Source: Dehalococcoidia bacterium (GTDB taxonomy: Bacteria > Chloroflexota > Dehalococcoidia > Lucifugimonadales > UBA3495). Taken from it: a DNA stretch of 64,000 nucleotides. Positions 27,467 to 35,231 of the stretch are shown in pieces. The stretch is from assembly GCA_963665735.1 (NCBI GenBank), contig OY762444.1, positions 3,787,547-3,851,546 of the forward strand, written 5' to 3'. The position numbers and the translations under genes are program-made. Position 1 is the first letter of the stretch, and the number at the start of each line of letters is the position of its first letter. The notes under the pieces are model-generated. The model ran no database searches and was not told the DNA's origin. It worked only from the letters and a program-made list of their open reading frames with translations.

Positions 27467-27930
27467 GATTTCTTGCAGGCGCCTTGACTCATCCCAAAGG
27501 ATGTATCGTTATACTGGCGCAGGCCAGCATCCGGGATTCCTTGCCCGTTTGGACGTTGTTGCAGGCTTAGGATTTCTGGATTCCGGCTTTCGCCGGAATG
27601 ACGGTAGTTGCGGCGAGGGTAGGGGATTTTTTGCGGGGAGCTTTGGCCCATCAGAAAGGATGTATCGTCATGCCGGCGCGGGTTGGTATCCAGGATTCCT
27701 TGCCCGTTTGGACGTTGTTGCAGGCTTAGGATTTCTGGATTCCGGCTTTCGCCGGAATGACGGTAGTTGCGGCGAGGGTAAGGGATTTTTTGCGGGGAGC
27801 TTTGGGCCATCAGAAAGGATGTATCGTCATGCCGGCGCGGTCTGGTGTCCAGGATTCCTTGCCCGTTTGGACGTTGTTGCGGGCTTAGGATTTCTGGATT
27901 CCGGCTTTCGCCGGAATGACGGGTTGGAGA
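27460..27930 (+). repeat. tandem array, 159-bp unit, about 3 copies, each unit containing an A-type hairpin
   Basis: Unit starts (GGATGTATCG) at 27499, 27658 and 27817, an exact 159-bp period. A-type cores at 27578, 27737 and 27896. Confidence 0.9.
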
Positions 27931-27964
27931 CGCTGGAATGACGGTGGTTCGACCCCCACCCTAA

Positions 27965-27988
27965 CCCTCCCCCTAGACAGGGGGAGGG
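27965..27988 (+). repeat. B-type hairpin repeat
   Basis: CCCTCCCCC tagaca GGGGGAGGG followed by GATTTTGC. Confidence 0.9.
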
Positions 27989-28072
27989 GATTTTGCAGCG
28001 GAAGGGCAAGATGAGAGTAAAAGCTTACCCTTCTCCCTTGGGAAAGAGAGCCGGGGTGAGTGCGAAAAGTTT

Positions 28073-28522
28073 TCAGCGCTCGAACTCTACGCCGGCGCCG
28101 ACAATCTCTATCTGCATCTCGCGGACGCTGGCGGCGTTGTAGTCGAACACCACGCCTACGGTGATGTTGACGCCCTTTTCCACCTCCGGGGTGTCCGGCA
28201 CGTCGAAGCGTGCGTCCAGGTGGTTGCCCTTGAGGTCAATGTCCATGTGTTCGGCGATGCGTTTTTCGCCGTCGTAAACGATGACCTCTTTGACCATCGC
28301 TTTGCCCTGGGTGCGGAAGCTGACCATAGCGGCGTTGGCTTTGACCTTTTCCCCGCCCATAACGGTGGGCGTGGCGATGGGGAAGTGAACCCAGGTGTTT
28401 TGCCCTTCCGACCCTTCGATGCGGACGAAGGGGCCGCAATGCCGCACTGCGGTGATGCGGTTGGCGTATTCCACCTGCATACTGGACCCGTGGACCCAGG
28501 AAGTGAAAGTGTTTTCTGGCAT
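28073..28522 (-). CDS. hypothetical protein (149 aa, beta-rich)
   Basis: Clean ORF with host-like codon usage (WVHGSSMQVEY...VIVYDGEKRIAEH...). I cannot place the family with confidence. Confidence 0.55.
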   Translation of the reverse strand: MPENTFTSWVHGSSMQVEYANRITAVRHCGPFVRIEGSEGQNTWVHFPIATPTVMGGEKVKANAAMVSFRTQGKAMVKEVIVYDGEKRIAEHMDIDLKGNHLDARFDVPDTPEVEKGVNITVGVVFDYNAASVREMQIEIVGAGVEFER

Positions 28523-28609
28523 TTGACTAACTCCCTTTTCAGTCGGTTGGGGGGGCCTTCCCCGGTCAAAGGGGAAGGCCGGGATGTCGCGCTTGGGGGG
28601 CCGGTTTCC

Positions 28610-29410
28610 TTACTCTCCGGGCTGCAAGAAGTCCAGCAGGGCATCCACGAAAGCCTCCGGGTCTTCAATCTGGGGTATGTGGCCCAACCCCGGCAGCACG
28701 GTCTTGCTGGCGTTGACGATGTTGTTGTGCAGCAGCTCCTCCCCGTCCCGCAGGCGGTCATGCTCCCCGTACATCACCAGGGTTGAGGACGCCTTGACCT
28801 GGGGCAGCCGGGACATGATGTCGTAGTGGGCCAAGGATTCCATCAGGTTCTTGACCCAGACGCCGGCCTGGGCGCGGGTCTGGTTGGTGGCGTCCACCCA
28901 TTCCTGGCGGGGTTCGGCGAAGGTGGTCTGTTCCTTCATCTGCTCCAGCGTCCGGGGCTGAGGCAGTCCGTCGTCGTCAAAGTTGGCGGCGCCTTCGGCC
29001 AATCGCTGGGCGGCGGTGCGGGGGTCCCAGACCGGACAGCCCACCAGCACCAGCTTGTCCAGCCGTTCCGGGTAGCTGGCGGCCATTTCGGTGGCTAGGC
29101 AAGCTCCCACCGAGTTGCCGACATAGTGGCCGCGGTGGATGTTCATAAGCTGGCAAGCCTCGTCCAGCGCTCTGGCGTAGTCGGGAAGGTTGAAGTGGCG
29201 GGTGGGCTTGTCGGATTCGCCATGCCCCAGCATATCGAAGGCGTAACAGGTGTAGTGCTGGCTCAGGGCGTCAATGACGGTATGCCAGGCCCAGGTGGAA
29301 GTTCCCAGGGGGTGCAGCATCACCAGGGGGAACCCGCTCCCCTGCTTGACGAAGTGCATCCGGCCTTCCGGCGTGGGAACGGAATCGGTCAGGTCGCGGC
29401 GGACGAACAT
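28610..29410 (-). CDS. alpha/beta hydrolase
   Basis: LVMLHPLGTS, GHGESDKP and the nucleophile elbow GNSVGA. Confidence 0.85.
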   Translation of the reverse strand: MFVRRDLTDSVPTPEGRMHFVKQGSGFPLVMLHPLGTSTWAWHTVIDALSQHYTCYAFDMLGHGESDKPTRHFNLPDYARALDEACQLMNIHRGHYVGNSVGACLATEMAASYPERLDKLVLVGCPVWDPRTAAQRLAEGAANFDDDGLPQPRTLEQMKEQTTFAEPRQEWVDATNQTRAQAGVWVKNLMESLAHYDIMSRLPQVKASSTLVMYGEHDRLRDGEELLHNNIVNASKTVLPGLGHIPQIEDPEAFVDALLDFLQPGE

Positions 29411-29476
29411 AAGCCCTCCTTCGTTGTTCTGCGGTTGTGGTGGTTAGGGTTGGCCGCCGTTGCAACCGGCGGCTGC

Positions 29477-29513
29477 TTGACGCAATCCTAATCAACCCGT
29501 AGTTGCGTGTCAA
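29477..29513. promoter_or_regulatory. imperfect palindrome in a divergent intergenic region (possible operator)
   Basis: TTGACGCAA (29477-29485) ... TTGCGTGTCAA (29503-29513). Confidence 0.2.
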
Positions 29514-29695
29514 TTGAAGGGCGTCACTAATGCGGAGGATAGAAAACTACCGGGGACGACTGGCGGCCTAGTGACAAAGTGCGGTGGAACCGGCGCGGTT
29601 TGATCGTTATCATTTGAGGGAAACAGCCAAACCACATTGGCGGGCTGCCGGCATAAAGCTCCGCCGCCTATGTTGGATGGAAGAAGAGGGACATT

Positions 29696-30055
29696 GTGGG
29701 AAGGTTTGCAGTAACTATCGGAGTGGGGCACCCTTACCGGGGAGTATTGGCCGAGGTGGAAGCGGTGGTTGATACCGGGGCTACCCATTCCATGATTCCG
29801 GCGTCTTTGCTGGAGGCTTTGGGAGTTCAGGCTTATACGGATCGAATGGTGGGGTTTGCCAACGGCACCGTTGAAACGCGCCCTCTGGGGGTTGCGCGGA
29901 TTGCCTACGGGGGCGAGGAGTGGCCCTGTCCGGTGTTCTTTGGCCCGGAAGACCAGTACCTTTTGGGAGCTACTGCGTTGGAAGCCTTGGGCCTGGTGGT
30001 TGACCCTACCGGGGAGAGGTTGGTTCCGGTGATTTACGTCGCCCGACCGTTTTGA
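29696..30055 (+). CDS. retropepsin-like (clan AA) aspartyl protease family protein
   Basis: GTG start. VVDTGATHSMIP active-site-like DTG motif. About 119 aa, the size of single-domain bacterial retropepsin-like proteins. Confidence 0.65.
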   Translation: MGRFAVTIGVGHPYRGVLAEVEAVVDTGATHSMIPASLLEALGVQAYTDRMVGFANGTVETRPLGVARIAYGGEEWPCPVFFGPEDQYLLGATALEALGLVVDPTGERLVPVIYVARPF

Positions 30056-30083
30056 CGGCAACTCGTCCCAACTGCTGGCCCTT

Positions 30084-30302
30084 TTAGTCGGGAATCCGCT
30101 CCAGGGGCATATTTTCGATGGTCACGTTGACCAGGGATTCAATGCCGAACTTGGCGCTGGCGTCAATGATTTCCAGCCCCACTATATGCCCGTCGTCCAG
30201 GTCAACGGTGACGCCTTCTTCGATGTCCAGGTTGCCGCCGGGGAAGGCCGGCCGGAAGGTGATATACAAGGCGTCAGCTTCCCGGTCATATTCAATCTTC
30301 AT
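30084..30302 (-). CDS. DUF2283 domain protein
   Basis: ORF 30084..30377 trimmed to ATG 30302. MKIEYDREADALYITF...GHIVGLEI is the DUF2283 pattern. Confidence 0.7.
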   Translation of the reverse strand: MKIEYDREADALYITFRPAFPGGNLDIEEGVTVDLDDGHIVGLEIIDASAKFGIESLVNVTIENMPLERIPD

Positions 30303-30475
30303 GGCGTCGTTCCTAATGGTCATAGCCGCTTTATCGCTGCCGTCACGACAATTATAACGCACCGTTCTTCCAACCACGTCACCCGCAAATGCCCCCCGGC
30401 AACCGGAAAGCTACGCGCCCAAATGTGAATCCAACGCATCCGGTATATTTTTGATGGATTTTACCCCCAACCCAA

Positions 30476-30498
30476 CCCTCCCCCTGCCAGGGGGAGGG
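30476..30498 (+). repeat. B-type hairpin repeat
   Basis: CCCTCCCCC tgcca GGGGGAGGG followed by GGTTTTGC. Both flanking genes are on the minus strand. Confidence 0.9.
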
Positions 30499-30560
30499 GG
30501 TTTTGCTCTTTGGCGGGAATGATGGAGCAGATGCCAAGGTCGGCGCTAGCTAGGATTTCT

Positions 30561-30587
30561 GGATTCCGGCCTACGCCGGAATGACGG
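30561..30587 (+). repeat. A-type hairpin repeat
   Basis: GGATTCCGGCCTACGCCGGAATGACGG. Confidence 0.9.
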
Positions 30588-30625
30588 GTTGGATTGAGCG
30601 GGGAGAGGGATTGGATAGGCAGGGG

Positions 30626-32140
30626 TTAGCTTACCCCACGGGAGCGGTACTGGAGGGCCTCGGCCAGGTGGGCTACCCGGATTTCTTCTTCGTTGCCCAG
30701 GTCGGCGATGGTGCGGGACACTTTCAGAATTCGGTGGAAGGCGCGGGCCGACAATCCGAGTTGCTTGGTGGCGGCCTGGAGCAGGTCTTTGGCCGCCGGT
30801 TCCAGGGGGCAGTGCTTCCAGACCTCGGCGGGGCCCATCTCGGAGTTGCAGAGCAGGTCGCCGCCGCAGAATCTTTCCCGCTGGGTGTCCCGGACTTTTT
30901 GCACCCGCCGGCGGACTGCCGACGAATCTTCCGACGGAATTTCGTCCACCAGCTTTTCGTACTCCACCGGGGGAACCTCGACGAAAATGTCTATCCGGTC
31001 CAGTAGAGGGCCGCTGATTTTCTTCTGGTAGCGGCTTACCGTTGGCGGGGTGCAGGTACATTCCTGACGGGGGTGGGAGTAATACCCGCAGGGGCAGGGG
31101 TTCTGGGCGGCCACCAGCATGAAACTGGCCGGGTAGGTGACGCTGCCGGTGACCCGGCTGATGGTCACAACCTTGTCTTCCAGGGGCTGGCGAAGGGATT
31201 CCAGGGCGTTGTGGTTGAATTCCGGCAGTTCGTCGAGGAACAGGACTCCCCGATGGCTGAGGGTGATCTCGCCGGGGCGGAGAGTCCGCCCGCCGCCCAC
31301 CAGCCCGGCGTTGGAAATGGTGTAGTGGGGAGCGCGGAAAGGACGCTGGGATATGAGGGGGCAATCCGATGGGAGGGAGCCGCTGACGCTGTAAATCTTG
31401 GTGGCGTCCAGGGCTTCCCCCGGCGTCATGGGGGGCAGAATTGAAGGCAATGACCGGGCCAGCATGGTCTTGCCGCTGCCCGGAGGCCCGTTGAAAAGCA
31501 GGTTATGGAATCCGGCGGCGGCGACTTCCAAGGCCCGCTTGGCGTGTTCCTGCCCCTTGATGTCGGACAGATTGGGGCCGGCGCAGTCCGATTGGGCGTA
31601 TTGCCCGTCGCTCTCGGTGGGAACGATTAAAATCTCCCCGTCCAGGTGTTGCAGCAACTCTTGGAGAGTGCCCACCGCGTAAACCTGGATGCCTTCCACC
31701 AGGGCGGCTTCCTGGGCGTCGGCGGCGGGGACGTACACCGATTCATAACCCTGGTCTTTGGCTACCGACACCATTGGCAGTATTCCGTTGGTGTGGCGCA
31801 GGCTGCCATCCAGGGAAAGTTCGCCCAGGAATATGGCGGACTCCCGGGGCAGAATCACCCGCCCGCAGCCAATCAACAACGCCACCGCGATGGACAGGTC
31901 GTAGGACGGGCCATTCTTTTTCAAGTCCGCCGGGGCCAGGTTCACGGTAATGCGGCGCAGGGGGAACTCGCACCCGCTGTTGCGGAGGGCAGCCCGTACC
32001 CGCTCCCTGGATTCCTGTACCGCCGCATCGGGCAGACCGACGATGTTGAAGGCCGGCAGCCCTTGGGATATGTCCACTTCGACTTGGACGATGTAACCGT
32101 CCAGCCCCACCACAGCGCAACTTTGAGCAACAGCTAACAC
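30626..32140 (-). CDS. comM: YifB/ComM family Mg-chelatase-like AAA+ ATPase
   Basis: ORF 30626..32173. GTG 32140 is preceded by AGGAGGG. AVVGLDGYIVQVEVD, GPPGSGKTM and VLFLDELPEF. Confidence 0.9.
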   Translation of the reverse strand: MLAVAQSCAVVGLDGYIVQVEVDISQGLPAFNIVGLPDAAVQESRERVRAALRNSGCEFPLRRITVNLAPADLKKNGPSYDLSIAVALLIGCGRVILPRESAIFLGELSLDGSLRHTNGILPMVSVAKDQGYESVYVPAADAQEAALVEGIQVYAVGTLQELLQHLDGEILIVPTESDGQYAQSDCAGPNLSDIKGQEHAKRALEVAAAGFHNLLFNGPPGSGKTMLARSLPSILPPMTPGEALDATKIYSVSGSLPSDCPLISQRPFRAPHYTISNAGLVGGGRTLRPGEITLSHRGVLFLDELPEFNHNALESLRQPLEDKVVTISRVTGSVTYPASFMLVAAQNPCPCGYYSHPRQECTCTPPTVSRYQKKISGPLLDRIDIFVEVPPVEYEKLVDEIPSEDSSAVRRRVQKVRDTQRERFCGGDLLCNSEMGPAEVWKHCPLEPAAKDLLQAATKQLGLSARAFHRILKVSRTIADLGNEEEIRVAHLAEALQYRSRGVS

Positions 32141-32271
32141 GACAACCCTCCTGCTTCCGATTCTTGCGGTCATTGACCGGCAAGAACTATAAGCGGAGGG
32201 TTCCGGGCTGCGCTACCGGCTGCTGACAGTAACCCGGCGCAATCGCATTTGGGGGTTTACCCCCATCCTAA

Positions 32272-32294
32272 CCCTCCCCCTGATAGGGGGAGGG
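32272..32294 (+). repeat. B-type hairpin repeat
   Basis: CCCTCCCCC tgata GGGGGAGGG. Both flanking genes are on the minus strand. Confidence 0.9.
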
Positions 32295-32316
32295 GGTTTC
32301 CTGGTTGGGAGGCGGG

Positions 32317-33279
32317 TCAGTCCTCCGGGGTTATGAGGGATTCGGGTTCCTGGCCGTCCAGGACGCGCAGGATGTTGGAGTAGGCGAAGTCGCCGGCCCG
32401 CAGGTCGGTTTCGTGGCTGGTGCCGGCCATGTGGGGCGTGATTACCACGTTTTCCAGGTCGAAAAGAGGGTTGTCGGTTGGGGTGGGTTCTTCTTCCAGC
32501 ACATCCAGCCCGGCGCCGGCGATGACGTTATCCCGCAAAGCCTGGTACAGGGCGGCCTCGTCCACCACCGGGCCGCGGCAAGCGTTAATCAGGTAGGCGG
32601 TGGGTTTCATCCTGGCCAGTTCCGGGTGGGAAATCATGCCGCGGGTTTGGCGGTTCAGGGGTACGTGCAGGGAAACGATGTCGGACTCCCGCAGCAGTTC
32701 GTCCAGGGACACGGCCTCGGCGTTCAACTCCCGTTCCACGTCTTCGGGGATGGCAACTACGTCGTTGTAAAGGGTGCGGGTGTTGAAACCTTTGAGCCGC
32801 TGGGCCACCTGCCGTCCGATGCGGCCCAAGCCCACGATGCCAACGGTCTTGTCGGTAATCTCAAACATCCGGCGGCGGCCCAGGTCGCCGCGCCAAGCCC
32901 GCTGGCGGACGGCGCTATCCCAGTGGAGCATGGTCTTTTTGGAGACGGCAATCATCAGGGCGATGGTCTGTTCGGAGACGGCGATGGCGTTGGCGCCGCC
33001 GTTGTTGGCGATGGGTATGCCCATTTCGCCGATGGCGGCGATGTCCAGCCGGTCGAAACCGGCGCTGAGGGTCTGAATGAGCTTGACCTTGGGACATTCT
33101 TTCAGCACGTCCACGGTGACGTAGGAAGAGATTATGGCGTCGGCGTCGCGGCAAAGCTCGGTCTGTTCCTGGGATGAAAGGGCCAAGTCAACCAGGGTGA
33201 CCTCCAGTTCGGGGGGCGCCAGGGTTTGGATGAAATTGGCCCGCTCGGTGAGGGCGGTTACGAAAGCTACCTTGGGCAT
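32317..33279 (-). CDS. D-isomer-specific 2-hydroxyacid dehydrogenase family protein
   Basis: ORF 32317..33429 trimmed to ATG 33279 (GGAAAGGTGG RBS). GIVGLGRIGRQVA NAD motif and INACRGPVVDE...LDV...EP. Confidence 0.85.
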   Translation of the reverse strand: MPKVAFVTALTERANFIQTLAPPELEVTLVDLALSSQEQTELCRDADAIISSYVTVDVLKECPKVKLIQTLSAGFDRLDIAAIGEMGIPIANNGGANAIAVSEQTIALMIAVSKKTMLHWDSAVRQRAWRGDLGRRRMFEITDKTVGIVGLGRIGRQVAQRLKGFNTRTLYNDVVAIPEDVERELNAEAVSLDELLRESDIVSLHVPLNRQTRGMISHPELARMKPTAYLINACRGPVVDEAALYQALRDNVIAGAGLDVLEEEPTPTDNPLFDLENVVITPHMAGTSHETDLRAGDFAYSNILRVLDGQEPESLITPED

Positions 33280-33352
33280 GGGCGTTGACCACCTTTCCGG
33301 GGATGGTGTGACCACCGGGCCGGGGCCGGGCGGCGTTGGCCGGGATTCAACG

Positions 33353-33381
33353 ATGATACCCGGCCCAGTTCCCGGTGACAA
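33353..33381 (-). promoter_or_regulatory. candidate promoter for the 2-hydroxyacid dehydrogenase gene
   Basis: Minus strand reads TTGTCA, 17-nt spacer, TATCAT. Confidence 0.3.
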
Positions 33382-33477
33382 GTTGGAAACCGACGGCGGG
33401 ATACGTCGGTTCACGCTGGAATTACGCAAAAGTTGAAAATAATTTGATACTTTTACGGAAAGACTGACTTTTCCCGG

Positions 33478-33507
33478 TTGTGTATCCGTACTGATGTTCG
33501 CTATATT
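33478..33507 (+). promoter_or_regulatory. candidate promoter for the imuB-dnaE2 cassette
   Basis: TTGTGT (33478-33483), 18-nt spacer, TATATT (33502-33507). An AT-rich stretch lies upstream (33431-33470). Confidence 0.3.
33488..33499. promoter_or_regulatory. candidate LexA (SOS) box, one mismatch to GAAC-N4-GTTC
   Basis: GTACtgatGTTC lies inside the spacer of the candidate promoter. Confidence 0.3.
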
Positions 33508-33557
33508 TGGGGCAGCGTTCCGTTTCGGGTGGTTGGGATAGCCGACGATGGCGCTGT

Positions 33558-33630
33558 GGATTCCCGCTTTCGCGGGAATGATTTTTCACCCAGGGCGGGA
33601 ATGACGAATTATGAAATTGACGACACTCCC
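33558..33630 (+). repeat. composite A-type module (near copy of 15144-15255)
   Basis: GGATTCCCGCTTTCGCGGGAATGATTTTTCACCCAGGGCGGGAATGACGAATTATGAAATTGACGACACTCCC. Confidence 0.85.
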
Positions 33631-33664
33631 TAACCGGCAAGGATAACCGCCGGCAAAGACTGGC

Positions 33665-34846
33665 ATGAAAATAGCTTGCGTTCTGATAACTCATTTGCCT
33701 ATCAAGGTGGAATTGCGCCGCTACCCGGAGGCCGGGGGCAAGCCCATCATCATCGCCGAGGAATACGGCTCCCGGCAGGTGGTTCTGGACAGTTCGCCGG
33801 AGGCCAAGGGAGTAGTGGGCGGTATGCCATTGCAAGAGGCCCTTTCCCGATGCAAGGAGGCGGCGCTGCTGCCGGCCGACCGTCCTTTCTACCAGGCGGC
33901 TTTCGACCAGGTGATTGACGCACTGTTGCAGCGCAGTCCGTTGGTGGAAAAGGGCGATCTGGGATGCGCCTACGTGGGGCTGGACGGCCTGGAAGAGTTG
34001 TACCGGGGCGAGGCGCGGCTCATTACCTCCCTGCTGGGAGCGGCGCCGGCCAGCTTTAACCCCCGGGTCGGCGTGGCGTCGGGCAAGTTTCCGGCCTACG
34101 TGGCCGCAGTGACCACCGACGGCGGTCAAGCTACCCGGGTGCCGGAGGACGCCGCCGGGTTTCTGAAAGACTTGCCGGTGGACTTGCTGCCCTGGACTTT
34201 TGGGGATAAGACCCGGCTGCATGGTTTCGGACTGCGTACCTTGGGACAGTTGGCCCAACTGCCGGTGGGGGCGGCGCAGGCTCAGTTCGGCCCGGCGGGA
34301 AGGCGGGCCTGGGAGTTGGCCCGCGGCGTTGATTCCAGCCCCTTGATTCCATATCAGCCGGAAGTCGAGGTCAGCGAAGGGCTTACTTTCCCCGCGCCGG
34401 CCGTCACCCGGCAGGAAATCCTTACCGCCGTGGAGTCCCTGCTGGGCCGGACGTTCAACCGGGGGGAAATGCGGGGCAAGTACGTCCGCAGCGTCACCCT
34501 GGAAAGCGCCGTCCTGGGCCGGGCGCCCTGGACCAAGCGGCTGGCGTTCAAGAACGCCGTCGGCAGCAAGGATAAGGCCCTGTTCATCGTCAAGAACGCT
34601 ATTGAGTCGGCCAGTCTGCCCGGCCCGCTGGAGGATTTGACGCTGACGCTTACCGGCCTGACCGGGGAGTCGGGGACGCAGAGCAGCCTGTTTTCCAACG
34701 TGCGCCGGCGGGAGCAGCTGCGGGAGATGATGCGGCAGTTGGAGACGCAACTGGGACGCAAGCCGCCAATTTATCAAGTGAGGGATATTGAGCCGTGGTC
34801 GAGAATCCCGGAACGGCGTCAAGCTCTGGTCATATTCGACCCCTGA
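33665..34846 (+). CDS. imuB: ImuB-like Y-family DNA polymerase homolog (mutasome subunit)
   Basis: 393 aa. MKIACVLITHLPIKVELRR N-terminus of the ImuB/DinB-like type, positioned directly upstream of dnaE2. Confidence 0.7.
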   Translation: MKIACVLITHLPIKVELRRYPEAGGKPIIIAEEYGSRQVVLDSSPEAKGVVGGMPLQEALSRCKEAALLPADRPFYQAAFDQVIDALLQRSPLVEKGDLGCAYVGLDGLEELYRGEARLITSLLGAAPASFNPRVGVASGKFPAYVAAVTTDGGQATRVPEDAAGFLKDLPVDLLPWTFGDKTRLHGFGLRTLGQLAQLPVGAAQAQFGPAGRRAWELARGVDSSPLIPYQPEVEVSEGLTFPAPAVTRQEILTAVESLLGRTFNRGEMRGKYVRSVTLESAVLGRAPWTKRLAFKNAVGSKDKALFIVKNAIESASLPGPLEDLTLTLTGLTGESGTQSSLFSNVRRREQLREMMRQLETQLGRKPPIYQVRDIEPWSRIPERRQALVIFDP

Positions 34847-35082
34847 ACCTGCCCAAGCCGGTGACGGTGGAAGAGAGTCCTGGGGGACACCCGGCGGCTT
34901 TCACTGCGGATAGACGCCGCTACGAAGTAACCGGCATTGCCGAAGTGTGGCAAGTTGACAACGAATGGTGGCGGCCCAGTCCGGTAAGCCGGCTCTATTA
35001 CCGAGTGACTACCCAGTCCGGGGCCAGCGTGACCCTGTTCCGGGATTTGATTCGGGGCGGGTGGTATCGGCATAACGCTTGA
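34795..35082 (+). CDS. small Trp-rich protein between imuB and dnaE2 (function unknown)
   Basis: GTG 34795 is preceded by GAGGGA (34780-34785) and overlaps the imuB 3' end in another frame. Alternative GTG at 34861. AEVWQVDNEWWRPSPVSRLYYRVTTQSGASVTLFRDLIRGGWYRH. Confidence 0.45.
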   Translation: MVENPGTASSSGHIRPLNLPKPVTVEESPGGHPAAFTADRRRYEVTGIAEVWQVDNEWWRPSPVSRLYYRVTTQSGASVTLFRDLIRGGWYRHNA

Positions 35083-35143
35083 GAGGGTGTGTTGAAAATC
35101 CCTTCTTCTGGTCTTTCCCAACAGGATACCACCCCCTCCCTAA

Positions 35144-35166
35144 CCCTCCCCCTGGCAGGGGGAGGG
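35144..35166 (+). repeat. B-type hairpin repeat
   Basis: CCCTCCCCC tggca GGGGGAGGG. Its left flank is shared with the copy at 10321-10374. Confidence 0.9.
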
Positions 35167-35170
35167 GACT

Positions 35171-35198
35171 GGATACCGGCCTACGCCGGTATGACAGG
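35171..35198 (+). repeat. A-type hairpin, compensatory variant
   Basis: GGATACCGGCCTACGCCGGTATGACAGG. ATACCGGC/GCCGGTAT replaces ATTCCGGC/GCCGGAAT. Confidence 0.85.
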
Positions 35199-35231
35199 CT
35201 GAAGACCAGCCATTTTCACACACCTTTTGAT

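Noticed and set aside
27460-27930. Possible CRISPR array (also 51379-51505 and 18806-19005)
   Set aside because: The units are directly tandem with no unique spacers. The periods are 159, about 50 and 95 bp, and no cas genes are present in the window.
27501-27941. 146-aa ORF (and 26725..27810 minus) translating the 159-bp tandem array; also the many short ORFs with WIPAFAGMT, RHSGESRNPE, PLPNPPPGRGRG or GGGLG peptides
   Set aside because: These are translations of the intergenic hairpin repeats. They have no RBS and the peptide content is entirely repeat-derived. The frames stay open only because the units lack stop codons.
27941-27965. tRNA-like T-arm (GGTGGTTCGACCCCCACC); also GTGGGTTTGATTCCCGG near 46976
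   Set aside because: The first is simply the conserved left flank of B-type repeats, and its loop is 8 nt. Neither site has a matching acceptor stem or anticodon arm at the expected distance.
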